DNA of 64,000 bases from NCBI GenBank assembly GCA_951406725.2, contig OX597819.1, positions 30,442,001 to 30,506,000 of the forward strand, written 5' to 3'. Of this stretch, positions 51,575 through 64,000 are shown piece by piece (the stretch's first letter is position 1; every line of letters begins with the position of its first letter). The notes under the pieces were generated by a model. That model saw only the letters and a list, made by a program, of their open reading frames with translations, made no database searches and had not been told where the DNA came from. A program made the position numbers and the translations under genes. The stretch comes from Octopus vulgaris. Taxonomy: Eukaryota.

Positions 51575-51945
51575 AGCGTAGGAGTGACTGTGTGGTAAGT
51601 AGCTTGCTTATTACGAACCACATGGTTCCGCGTTCAGTCCCACTGCGTGACACCTTGGGCAAGTGTCTTCAACTATAGCCTCGGGCAGACCAAAGCCTTG
51701 TGAGTGGATTTGTGTGTGTGTATATATGTTTGTGTGTCAGTGTTTGTACCCCCAACATCGCTTGACAACCGATGCTGGTGTGTCTACGTCCCCGTAACTT
51801 AGCGGTTCGGCAAAAGGGCCCGATAGAATAAGTACTAGGCTTACAAAGAATAAGTCCCGTGGTCGATTTTCTCGACTAAAGGCGGTGCTCCAGCATGGCC
51901 ACAGTCAAATGACTGAAACAAGTAAAAGAGTAAAGAGTAAGAGTA
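51575..51945 (+). mobile_element. SINE family B
   Basis: Matches the consensus, with an internal deletion. Confidence 0.85.
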
Positions 51946-51970
51946 ATTTGTAATTTTAAGCATTCAAGAG

Positions 51971-52113
51971 GTGAAGAAAAACAGATACCTTTCCCCCCAC
52001 CCCTAACCCTAAAACAGATTGAAATGCAATTGATCGATACTAGGGTCATAATTGTGGGTGACAATTTCATATGACACCGCTAGAAAAAACTACCGGTCAA
52101 ACCGAAAAGATCC
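51971..52113 (-). mobile_element. Merlin-like MITE, copy 5 (one arm)
   Basis: CCCTAACCCTAAAACAGATTG...CAAACCGAAAAGATCC. Confidence 0.85.
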
Positions 52114-52229
52114 CGTACTTGTGAACAAATATGACGAAAAAGAATTCAGAAGCAGCAAGAATTTGCGAATGATTCAGTATTAAGAGATGCGTGTTTTCGT
52201 AAATAACACTTAGTGCAAGGGGAAGGAAG

Positions 52230-53100
<871 letters not shown>

Positions 53101-53993
53101 ACTGTCATCACTCTGAATGAGCCGGCGACATGTCAAGTCTTCACCGGAAGTGAAATATTTAAAGTGGGTTGTTTCTTCACGATTTTGTTGAACTCAGATG
53201 TTGCACTCCAAACCCCAGAATTATCGAAAGCAAACATTCAACACAAATCACACTACACCAAAACAACGTGATGTTCAAAGGACTTTTGACCGATTTTCGC
53301 AAATGTAAGTCAACGGAAACTCGTTTTAAGCGTTCCTTTTTTTAAGTAGCCAAAGAGAGGCGAGATGCATGCTCTCAAGTATACAAAGCATACACACATG
53401 GATGCACACACATAATGGTGGTCAGTCGTCAACTGGATTTAGAGCATGGCCACTTTCTCATTGTAACACGTTTGATAGCATTTCTACAGTAAACCTTATT
53501 ATGACTATCTAGCGTTGATTTTGTTTAAATTGGAGTTTATTTATTTATTTATTTATTCATTTATTAGTGAGAAATGTAGCATATAATTTTGTGAAAAACT
53601 GCACCAATAACTTCTCTACTCTTCCTTGTACATTCGTCAAAAATGGATTTTCAGAATTTGATGAATTGATTGGACATAAAGAATAGCAATGCTCCATTGG
53701 GAATGCTAGAGCTGTGTGCATATAAACATCTCGTCTTCATCTGATATATGACCTTTCATGGATGAATAAGTTCGGCTTTTGAAAGTGTGATGCAGTCACA
53801 GACTACACAGGCGAGAAAATCTCTGGAGTCTCGACCATGCAGTACTTCACCAGCCAACAAGTTTAGAGAATTATGTTTCACTCTTTAATGAACAATTCCA
53901 ATTTTCTCAAACTGAAGGCTTTACTTTCTGTTAATGAGCTGCTGTTTGATTCTGTTCATTCAGTGCCAGATGTTCCGAATGAACAGTGTTGGT

Positions 53994-54644
53994 CAGTGGC
54001 GGCTCGTATATAGGAACTGCGGAACTGCAGCGCCCCCTATTTCCACTCGATATTATCGAGAACATTCAATATAATGAATACTTTTTTTCTTTAATTCTTT
54101 CTTTATACTTGTACATTATATAATCCTTAAGCTTAAAGCCAGTAGCCATCCCCTAGTTTATGAGAAAAATACAAAACTCCTTGTATAGAACTGTGCGCTT
54201 CACAGTTCCCGCGACGCGGTGTTTGGCTGTTGCGCGCCAAACTAGGGAGAGAGAGAGAGAGCACTGCCTGAACGACAGTACCAGGTGAAAGGTAATGTTT
54301 ACTTTTGACTTTGCGTGTGTTGTGCTTAAAAAACGTGTTTATATTCTTGAATGTGATAAAGTGTAGAATTAGGTTATTCTTCTTCTTCCAGCTTCAGTGT
54401 TGTTGCCAGGATTTGGAAAATAGGGCACATCCCCCCACACGCTTATTTTGTGATTTAGGGCCTTTTGAAACACAAGAGAAAATTCATGGCGGTGTTCAGT
54501 AAACAAATTAAACACACTATCCAGTAGTGGCTAAAACGCGAACCAATCAAGTTTATGTATAAATTTCCTTTTTACATATTAAAACAACGTCTAAAAATTT
54601 TCTGAAGCAGCATCCCGACTAATTTGATTTACGAGCCGCCACTG
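53994..54644. mobile_element. hAT-type MITE
   Basis: TIR CAGTGGCGGCTCGTA / TACGAGCCGCCACTG. 8-bp TSD GTGTTGGT/GTGCTGGT. Confidence 0.88.
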
Positions 54645-54652
54645 GTGCTGGT

Positions 54653-55040
54653 ATACTTTTCCAGCGATTGTCTTATACTAAAAATCATATCTGCGGTCTC
54701 TCTATTATATCTAAATCCACATCGAGGATCTGAAATAACGATGGAGCATAATCACGCCTACAGTCAATTCAATAAATCTGGCAAATATTTTGCCAAAAGT
54801 TTACAAGCAAGGAAGCGGCATGAAATTTATCACAGTTGGACAGACTTTTCCTTTGTACAATGGAAATCAATATAGCATCTCTCTAATCCTTTGGAAACTG
54901 GTGAGCCATTCCATAAGTCGATAATTAACGTTGTCACAAAATCAGCCATTACATCCCTACCATGATTAGTAATCTCAGTTGGTATACTATGAGCTCCTGG
55001 AATTTATCTTGTGTTGATCTGTATGACAATTTTGAATTTG
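54653..55040 (-). mobile_element. Decayed RTE-clade LINE RT fragment
   Basis: Minus-strand DPRCGFRYNRETADMIFSIRQSLEK matches the RTE RT motif QCGFR..RST.DMIF..RQL.EK. Confidence 0.65.
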
Positions 55041-55093
55041 TATTAGAGCTAGTTATCCCAACACATACATACATACATACATACATACATACA

Positions 55094-55126
<33 letters not shown>

Positions 55127-56050
55127 TCAATGCAATAGGTTTTTAACTCCTTGCAGTTGTAAGGGTGCCTTCTTAATATGCATCATATCTTCGGTATTTT
55201 TTAAACCTGGCAGCGACCATCCCTCTTCATCTCTGACCACAGGACTGGTATTTTATTTATCGACTCCGAAAAGTGAAAGGCAAAGTTGACCGCGGTAGGA
55301 TTTGAACTTAGAGCACAAAGAGCTGAAAAAGGTTACTGCAATCTATCCAATGTGAGTGTGCGTATGTGTGTATGCTCGTGACCGAGTGAGACTACTTCCC
55401 ACTCTTAGAAAATCCGTGTAAACATTCCGAGAGACCAGTAAGTTCTTGTGCACGAATTTGTTTTGAGTGGATAACGCCTTTCACAATACTCCACCCATTT
55501 TTCAGTGAAATCAACTATAAAACAAGTGGCACAACAGAGGTTGAGACGAATGAAAACCAACCGAACTTCAGGTTTTTTTTATACGAGTTACCTTCTCCTA
55601 GAAGTTCTTACAATGACTACGTATCCTTCAAACCCAGTGGTTCACATGCAAGTTAACCCATACCTGGGACCCTAACAGGTGCTACTACTCAGACTAAGTG
55701 TATACTTGGGAACTGTAGTGGCTAAGAAGTGGAACTTCCGCACTAGAGACCTACAACTGGATGCAGCTTAAAGTCAGATATGTGTATGTGTGTGCGTACG
55801 TGTGTGTATGAATGTATATGTATACATACATATACACATATGTATCCAGTTAATTTTTCTCTAAATGCTGGGTGGTTAAAACATGTGTATTATATTAAAT
55901 TGCTGAAATCTGATCCATAGACTGATAGTCACAACACCGACTAGACAGAGTACCAGATTACGATCTACTGAGACAGTCTTCGTATACTGTCACTAGCACT
56001 TCACTGCTTTGTGTCTATGTCTAAAACACTTAACACATAACGACCCAGTA

Positions 56051-56268
56051 CTTGAGGGTGCTGAACAGTTCCTGGCATTACGAGTATTGTGAAAGGCTTA
56101 GTTAGAGGCCCAAAGCTTCTGAGTTATTTTACAGGACTTAGAAAAACTGAATGATTGCTGCAGTTCGTATGTGAATCTGAGAGGGGAATATGTTGGATAA
56201 AATCACAATTAACTGATTTTGCTGTACATTATTTTGTATTTTCTTCAGGAACTTTTCGGCACCTCTCG
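56051..56268. mobile_element. Mariner-derived MITE
   Basis: Imperfect TIRs GAGGGTGCTGAACAGTTCCTG and CAGGAACTTTTCGGCACCTCTCG with TA flanks. Confidence 0.7.
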
Positions 56269-56398
56269 TATGTTTAACCGAAAGCAGAAACCATGAAATT
56301 GTACAGCTTTGCGTTGAAAATAACAGACTTATAAAGAAAGTTATACTTTCCTATGCTCATTTGTCGTAAATATTTAACGCAGCAGTATCTTCAGTGCG

Positions 56399-56720
56399 GT
56401 GAGGGCGCGTGGCTTAGTGGTTAGGGCATTCGGCTCATGATCGTAAGGTTGTGAGTTCGATTCCCGGCGACGCGTTGTGTCCTTGAGCAAGACACTTTAT
56501 TTCACGTTGCTCCAGTCCACTCAGCTGGCAAAAATGAGTTGTACTTGTATTTCAAAGGGTCAGCCTTGTCACTCTCTGTGTCACGCTGATTATCCCCGAG
56601 AACTACATTAAGGGTACACGTGTCTGTGGAATGCTCAGCCATTTGCACGTTAATTTCACGAGCAAGCTGTTCCGTTGATCGTATCAGCTGGGACCCTCGT
56701 CGTCGTAACCGGCGGAGTCT
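56399..56720 (+). mobile_element. SINE family C, tail type 2
   Basis: Family C head and core. Tail GCTCAGCCA(C/T)TTGCAC...CTGTTCCGTTGATCG...CCCTCGTCG also occurs alone at about 34417-34500. Confidence 0.85.
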
Positions 56721-57357
56721 TTTAAATCTTCAGTGCTGTTTTGTACTCACAAATGGTCATGAGATTTACATCTCCATTCAATATAGATAATATGACCTTT
56801 GACAAATGCACGTATGATTTAAAGGAGATATTAAAACAATTAACTATTGATAAAATGGTATGACACGACTCAATGCTTTACGATAGAGAGGTCAGTGGTT
56901 CTCGAGTTGATGCTTCAATCCTACCATATGGCAGGCATTATCTTTCACATACTTCATCTCGATAAATCAAGACCCTAGAAATGAGCCAATTCACTATAGC
57001 TCTTCTCTTTCTATCAAAATTTTGCAGTGAGGTCGCAACAGTCTTTGCCTTCGGCAGGAAGAGTTGAGATAGAATAAATAAGATTGGTTAGGTGATTAAA
57101 GTATATGGCATCTCTTGTTTCACCAGTGAATTATTCCGACTATATATGACAATGGAATGGCACCGTCAACAGATTCATATGAAACAGTATCAGCATGATT
57201 GTAACGTAAAAATAAATGAATAAATGAAATTTTTTAAACCACATAGGATTCTTCAACCACACTGTAATGTGTGAATGTATAATCCTTTTCATGTTTCTAT
57301 ATATCTGTATGGCATGACATCTGACACCCAGCACTCCAATAGATAAACCATCTACAG

Positions 57358-58094
57358 CAGAAGTTCTCAAACTTTTTGGGCCACCATCCCCCTCATAGCC
57401 ACATAATACCTATTTCTTTATTACCCACAAGGGGCTAAACACAGAGGGGACAAACAAGGACAGACATAGGTATTAAGTCGATTACATCGACCCCAGTGCG
57501 AAACTGGTACTTAATTTATCGACCCCGAAAGGATGAAAGGCAAAGTCGACCTCGGCGGAATTTGAACTCACAATGTAACGGCAGACGAAATACTTATTTC
57601 TTTACTACCCACAAGGGGCTAAACATAGAGAGGACAAACAAGGACAGACAAACGGATTAAGTCGCTTATATCGATCCCAGTGCGTAACTGGTACTTAATT
57701 TATCGACCCCGAAAGGATGAAAGGCAAAGTCGACCTTGGCGGAATTTGAACTCTGAACGTAACGGCTGACGAAATACGGCTACGCATTTCGTCTGGCGTG
57801 CTAACGTTTCTGCCAGCTCGCATAATACCCTCAGCGCCCCACTATTTTTATGTATAAATAAATATTTTATATTTTACTAATTTATATATACAATGAATCA
57901 TTTGATATTTAATATGATATATAATTTGTATACAATACTATAATAATATTAATCATAGCGTCCCCCATTCCACTGTTTCCCTCCCAATGTCTCTTTTTCT
58001 GCATCGCCCCCTGCACTACACCTTAGACACCAGTGCCCACCGGGACCCGCTCAACGCCCACCGGGGGCGCTAGCGCCCACTTTGAGAACCTATG
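57358..58094. mobile_element. hAT-type MITE containing a SINE A dimer (57410-57820)
   Basis: TIR CAGAAGTTCTCAAA / TTTGAGAACCTATG. Perfect 8-bp TSD ATCTACAG. The SINE dimer is flanked by CATAATACC. Confidence 0.85.
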
Positions 58095-58895
58095 ATCTAC
58101 AGTATTATTGAAAGGAAACGCGAAGGTAGTTTTCTATTGCCTTCTCTAGGGCCAAACGAATGAAAACACTCGGCAACAGCACAAACCCTTCATTGCTGAC
58201 TGCACTATCAAGTCCAGTGCAGGACAAGGAACAACACAAATAAAATATTATTCCTTCAGCCTGGAGGTCATCGTTGTAACTTCTTGACTAGCCGCATCGT
58301 TCTGGTATAATCTATTCAGCATTTTAATCATTTTCTTGTCCCTCAACCTCCGATCATTCATAGAAAAAAGCATTACCGGAAATAAAACATTAACAAATTC
58401 AAAATATCTAGTGAACTAATTACGAAATTTGAGAAGGGATTCGCAGCATGTTTATCCGAAACATTACTTATTTGCTTTTCATCTTTTACCAACTTATATT
58501 TCATTAAAAAAAATTAATAAATAACTTGGTATTTTTTGCAATAATCATATACATCTTAAGGTATATTTTCTCTCTCAATGGTCTTTCTCTCGCTTATATA
58601 AAAAAACTATTACTAAAGTTGGATTAGTGAAACAGAACGGTGCACGTTGGCTTATGAAAATTTTTGCATAATAGTTTGCTTGTAGTGACTGTTTAGTCTT
58701 ATTGTATTTTTCATTACCACGCACGCGTGCGCGCACACACTCACTCACTGTATGTTAATTTAAACAGAATAACAATGTTTCAATTGTTACTTAACTTTTC
58801 TAGATTTAAGATTAGTTAGGCTTCTTTTATGAAAGAATGTTAGTCATTCAACTTCGTTACTATCTGCTAATATTTTATAACTTGATAGTTTAACT

Positions 58896-59822
58896 CAGGG
58901 GTCGCCAAACTCTTTCGACCATCGACCGCTTTCTTCATTTAAAATATCTTAATACCCTACCTTACCGTACCATATCTTAAATGTGTACCGGGTACTGATG
59001 CTGGCAACTAAAATGTTAGCTAAAAGATACATGTACGACAAATTAAGAAATTCTATTGAAGATAGAATTTCTTAATTTGAACTATGCGTACGAGTATATA
59101 GTATTAAACTTTCAATTTTTTATGAAATTGTTTTCACGGTTAGAAAACGTGGAAAGCGCATCATATTGCTAGAATACAGAGATCCCTCGTTTATCGCGGT
59201 AGATTGGTTCCGAGACCGGCTGCGATAACTGAATTTCCGCGAAGTAGCGACACCATATTTACAGTATTTATTTAAAGTGTATTTGGACTTTTAAAACTCT
59301 CCCTGTACTGTTAACAACCCACCCATTATAGTAGTCTATTAATAACAAGGACAACTGTTAACTTTAAATTTAAAAAAATAAAGATTGTTACTGTTACACA
59401 GATCAGATTACAAAATAGAAAGATATGATTCGTCGTCTCTCTCCATTGCACCAATCACAGCCCATCTTAAGTTCAAAGACCCCTGTATATGCTTTTTTGC
59501 TATTTTACACTTGTTTTGTTGTTCCTAGACAAGGAAATAATATTTATTATTCATATTTTAATGGATTTAATGAAAAATTTTAGGCGTTCATATATATATA
59601 TATATATATATATGTATATTTAAAATCTGCGAAGTTGAACCGCAAAGTAGCGAGGGATCACTGTATCTTTTATTGAAATTGACAACATCAATGCGAGGGA
59701 TGAGCATGGCGCCGACTAAGTATCGCACGCCGACCCCCATTCGACCCTTTGGCTATCATCAAGATCCTGTAATTCCTCGACGACCCCTAGGGGGTCCCTC
59801 AGACCCCCTTTGGCGACTCCTG
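58896..59822. mobile_element. hAT-type MITE
   Basis: TIR CAGGGGTCGCCAAA / TTTGGCGACTCCTG. Perfect 8-bp TSD GTTTAACT. Confidence 0.9.
59177..59663. mobile_element. pogo/Tigger-type MITE nested in the hAT MITE
   Basis: TA|CAGAGATCCCTCG...CGAGGGATCACTG|TA. Confidence 0.85.
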
Positions 59823-60310
59823 GTTTAACTTAATCAACTATATATCTATTATACAATTACATCGCATGAAACTAGCGAATTAATAACCGATACGGCCTCA
59901 CCGAACTAAATATATACAATGACAATGAAAAAGGAAGATATTACGGAAGTCCTACTTCAATACAAAACTAAGGAATTTCCTATTTGGTGTTCGTAAAGTC
60001 GAATTTGTTTTAGTTTCAATTTTATTTCAACTCAATTGACGCCCTCGTTTTTGAATCCCAATGAAATACAAATCAGCAGATAATACCGAACAATCTTTTC
60101 CTTTTTTTTTTTTTGTTGCGTGAGATTTGTTTTTACTAATTCTAACATTTTTGTGCTAATTTCAAATCTGTAATCGGTATTGCTCTCCATGCTCCAGTTT
60201 TCTTGCAATCTGAAAATTAACTTTTTGTATATTTATAGTTAAATTTGACATATTGAGATACATATATCCTACTTTCAAAGGATTGACAATTGTGTTTTTT
60301 CAGATCTGAT

Positions 60311-62017
60311 CACGGCTTCTTCAAGTAGACATAGATACGTGAATAATCCTGATGGCTCCAGCTATATCTGTGGTTCCTTCACACTATTCGTCAAAGGCGC
60401 AATATCACATTGTTTGTGAGACGGGCTTATAAAGCCTATTTTAAAATTCTCCTAGGCGAACGATACAAAAATTGGGTCCCTCGTGTTGTATGTCATAACT
60501 GTAAGGAAATGCTTCGTGACTGGACAAAAGGAAAACGAAAAGAGCCCGCCGTTTGTAATTTCTATGGTTTGGCGAGAACCCAGAGACCACACCAGTGACT
60601 GTTATCTTTGTATGGTCAACGACAAAAGGCATCGACCAAGAAAATAGGCGTAAAATATCCTATCCCAATATTCCGTCAGCAATTAAACCTATTATGCACT
60701 CTGAGACACTCTCAATTCCAGTTTACCGCTTCCGAAGACGAAGCTAAAAAACAAGAGTATGAGGATGATAACGAAGATCAAGATATTACACTTCAGAATT
60801 CCAAGACCTCTCTTATGGTACCGAAAAATATCTATTCCTCATCAGTTTAGCGAAACAGAACTGAATGATTCAGTGCGTGATTTGGGACTTACCAAGACTG
60901 CAGCTGAAGTTCTAGCATCCATGTTGCAAGAAAAGCATCTATTTGACCAAACTGCAAAAGTTTCTTACTTTGAAAACGAGACCAGATTTTTGTGTCATTT
61001 TTTTTTTCAGAAGAGAAACACTTTGTTTATTGCCGCGATATTCCCTATCTTCTCCAGGAATTAGGAATCCCCTCGTACAATTCAACTGACTGGCGATTAT
61101 TTCTAGATAGTTCTAAGCATAGCCTGAAGTGTGTTCCCCTACACAATGGCAATGTTTATGGAGCTGTCCCAGTTGATCACTCAGTGCGTTTGCTTGAAGA
61201 ATATAATTACGTATAAATAGTTATTGACCAACTAAAATATCATGAGCACAGCTGGACCTTTTGTGTAGATTTGAAAATGGTCAATTTTCTCCTCAGCCAG
61301 CAGAAAGGTTTCACAAAGTATCCTTGCTATCTCTGCATGTGGGGCAACCGAGCTCTAGAAGAACACTGGGCACAGAAGTGGCCAATTGATGAGACTCTGG
61401 AAGCAGGCATTGCCAAATATTGTGAAGGATCCAATTGTCAACCGAGAAAAGATTATTTTCCCGCCAGTCCGTATAAAGCTGGGCTTGATGAAGCAATACA
61501 CTAAGGCATTGAATACTGATGGTGAACGCTTTCAAAATGTAGTCTTTGCTATTCCTGGTTTGTCATTTGAGAATATCAAAGCAGGTGTGTTTGACTGACC
61601 TCAGATTCGTGCCCTTGTACTTGATGAGGAATTTGTCGGAAAGATCATTGACAAGGAAAGAGCAGTATAGCTGTCATTCGTAGCATTCATAAAAAAAATT
61701 TTCTTGGGAACAGATAAGCAGATGACTATGAAATTATTGTAAATAATATGCTGTCAGCTTTCCATGATCTTGGGTGTAGCATGAGCGTTAAATTCCATTT
61801 CCTGCACAGTCACTTCGATCAGTTCCCGGAAAACTTTGAAGACAAAAGTGATGAACAAAGAGAGCGCTTCCTCCAAGACCTCAGGACTATGGTAGAGCGT
61901 TATCAAGAGGGATGGGGCAAACATACGATGGCAGACAACTGCTGGAGTATTAACAAGATTTACCAGAGAAAGTCTACAAGCACAAGAACTCCAGATGAAA
62001 ATTCCTTGCCTGAATAA
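60311..62017 (+). pseudogene. Chapaev3-like (CMC superfamily) transposase pseudogene
   Basis: Frameshifted peptides CYICG, WVPRVVCHNC, WREPRDHTSDCYLC, ELNDSVRDLGL, WRLFLDSSKHSLK, VDLKMV...FTKYPCYLCMW, PPVRIKLGLMKQ, GCSMSVKFHFLHSH and SDEQRERFLQD. Element ends not resolved. Confidence 0.8.
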
Positions 62018-62719
62018 GATGTATTTGTGTTTTATCTTCCTCCTAAACAGTTTCTCAACTATGTACGCCTATCATTTGTATATAATATATATTTTCAACT
62101 GAAAAGCAGATGGCGAGAAAAACTGGCACATGATAACATTATTTTATTCAGATTCGGAATAAGAAATATTATTTTTATAGCCTGGTGTACTAACTCATAT
62201 ATGAATAAAGTTAGAATCTCAATGCATAGATACTTGTTCTTTTCCACCTAGTTCGAAGATAGTATAACTAGAAAATTATCAAATGAATTACGTCATATCT
62301 CGGGAAATATTCGAAATAAATATAGATACGGTACATATATATTTATGTACATGAAGATGTATACGCAAAATAATAAAAACAATAAAATATAATAAAACCG
62401 AAGATGTATACGCAAAAATATAAATACACAATGGATGTATGCATACACATGCACATATAGTGTGCGTGTTGGAATTTTTTTTCTTAATATCAATGGTATT
62501 GTGATGTTTATTTATATCTGGGAAATACCCAAGAAATTCTCATTAGAACTATTCACTGATCTGTATCCAAAGAATTACTTCTAGAACCAACACTACCACT
62601 ACCACCACCACCACCACTACAATCACCACCACAAGGTCAACTATTGCCTTGCAAATGAATTTGGTAAACGGAAATTGAGTGGAAACCGGTGAAACAGATG
62701 AATGATCATGAGATTTCAC

Positions 62720-63002
62720 CTAGAAAGTTAGTCTCCAAGGTACGAGTCTAAGCAAGCTTATTTATGAAAGACCAACGGTCGCCCATGCATACCAGCCACC
62801 CCACCGATGTTGTTCAAGGGAAAAGCAAAGACCGATTCAGCATGGCACCAGTGGCGTCGCAACTCTTTTCTAAATCTGAATGAACTGGAGCAACGTGAAA
62901 TAAACTGTCTTGTAGAAGAACACAACACACAACGCGGTCCGGGAATCGAAATCACTACCTCATGATTGTGAGCCGGACGCTCTAACCACTGAGCCATGCT
63001 CC

Positions 63003-63006
<4 letters not shown>
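62720..63006 (-). mobile_element. SINE family C, tail type 3
   Basis: tRNA-like head GCATGGCTCAGTGGTTAGAGCG, family C core, tail shared with 2595-2856. Confidence 0.8.
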
Positions 63007-63052
<46 letters not shown>

Positions 63053-63139
63053 AACCCTAACCTCCCCTACACACACGTGTGTGTGTGCCTCATAACTCAC
63101 GCACGCACACTCACATATGTGTGTGTGCGCGTCTATGTG

Positions 63140-63912
63140 TGAAACGGTGCTTGTCTGTTACCTATTGGCCACCGCTTGACAACCACGTTGGTTTGTTTAC
63201 ACCCCTGTTAGCTAGCGGTTCCGCAAAAAGAGACCGATAAGCACTAGGCTTACAAAAAGAAAAAATAAGTGGGGAAGAAATAACTTAAGCACTGGAATAA
63301 ATTTGTTCGACTAAACCCTTTAAGGCAGTACCCCAGCATGGCCACAGTCCAATGACTGAAACAATTAAAAGATAAAAGACAAAATGCGATTTTTCCCTTT
63401 TATGACATACTTTATATTAGTATGTCATGTGACCTACATAGAGGTCCCCATTTCCCTAGAAACCAGGTAGTTTCCACATATAAACAGCTTAACGGGACGC
63501 CAGTCCTCGCAACGTTACTCATTTTTGCCAGCTGAGTGAACTGGAGCAACGTGAAATGAAGTGTTTTGCTCAAGAACACAACACATCACCCGGTCCAGGA
63601 ATCGAAACCACAATCTTACGATTATGAGTTCAACACCCTAACCACTAAGCCACGTGCCTTCACTCGCCCTTTTAAAGCCCAGCCAGGCTCATGGGCCCGG
63701 TTTCCCGGTTTCTATGGCGTATGTATTCTCTAGCTGGACGGGACGCCAATCCATCGCAGCGTTACTCATTTTTGCCAGCTGAGTGGACTGGAGCAACGTG
63801 AAATGAAGTGTTTTGCTCAAGAACACAACGCGTCGCCCGGTCCAGGATTCGAAACCACAATCTTTCGATCATGATGCGGACACCCTAACCACTAAGCCAC
63901 GCACCTCCACCC
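63140..63912. mobile_element. SINE B 3' half (+) followed by two tandem SINE C copies (-)
   Basis: Consensus matches at 63140-63380, 63490-63663 and 63665-63912. Confidence 0.8.
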
Positions 63913-64000
63913 ACTGTATCAATGTGATTCAAAATTTAGAGAATCGAAAACGCTTCTGTGAAGCGTACTCTTGATGGAGCATGAAGTTGCAATATGTATT

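Noticed and set aside
53640-53960. Possible plus-strand continuation (SVNELLFD) of the RTE fragment, which would imply an internal inversion
   Set aside because: Too decayed to assign by eye, and an alternative weak hAT-like reading exists on the minus strand.
56399-56470. tRNA-like sequences with A and B boxes (also at 49908, 62935-63006 and SINE A/B heads)
   Set aside because: They lack a complete acceptor stem and run directly into SINE bodies, so they are SINE heads and not tRNA genes.
57140-58400. Possible decayed transposase flanking the hAT MITE (also similar AT-rich stretches at 30060-30800 and 32640-33600)
   Set aside because: No diagnostic motif could be read with confidence without a profile search.

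Overview
This is AT-rich, repeat-dense eukaryotic DNA, most likely coleoid cephalopod (Octopus-like), judged from its tRNA-derived SINE families and long microsatellites. I see no prokaryotic operon or CRISPR array. One host gene is well supported: a minus-strand claudin/PMP22/EMP-superfamily tetraspan protein of 172 aa with three coding exons (42677-42458, 24859-24713, 22416-22265), canonical GT-AG introns and consistent phase. The rest is mostly decayed mobile DNA. Non-LTR retrotransposons belong to the CR1, L1/Tx1, HERO, R4/Dong and RTE groups. DNA elements include mariner and Chapaev3-like transposase pseudogenes, hAT, pogo and mariner MITEs, non-autonomous Helitrons, and a Merlin-like MITE family carrying TTAGGG repeats. 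At least three SINE families are present. The most notable observations are the telomere-repeat MITE, a SINE/LINE pair sharing a 3' hairpin, modular tail swapping among SINEs, a templated inverted rearrangement inside an R4 element, a coding minisatellite inside HERO, an isolated 28S rRNA fragment and a degenerate hammerhead-like motif. Family assignments come from motif recognition by eye, not database searches. Coordinates of decayed elements are approximate.
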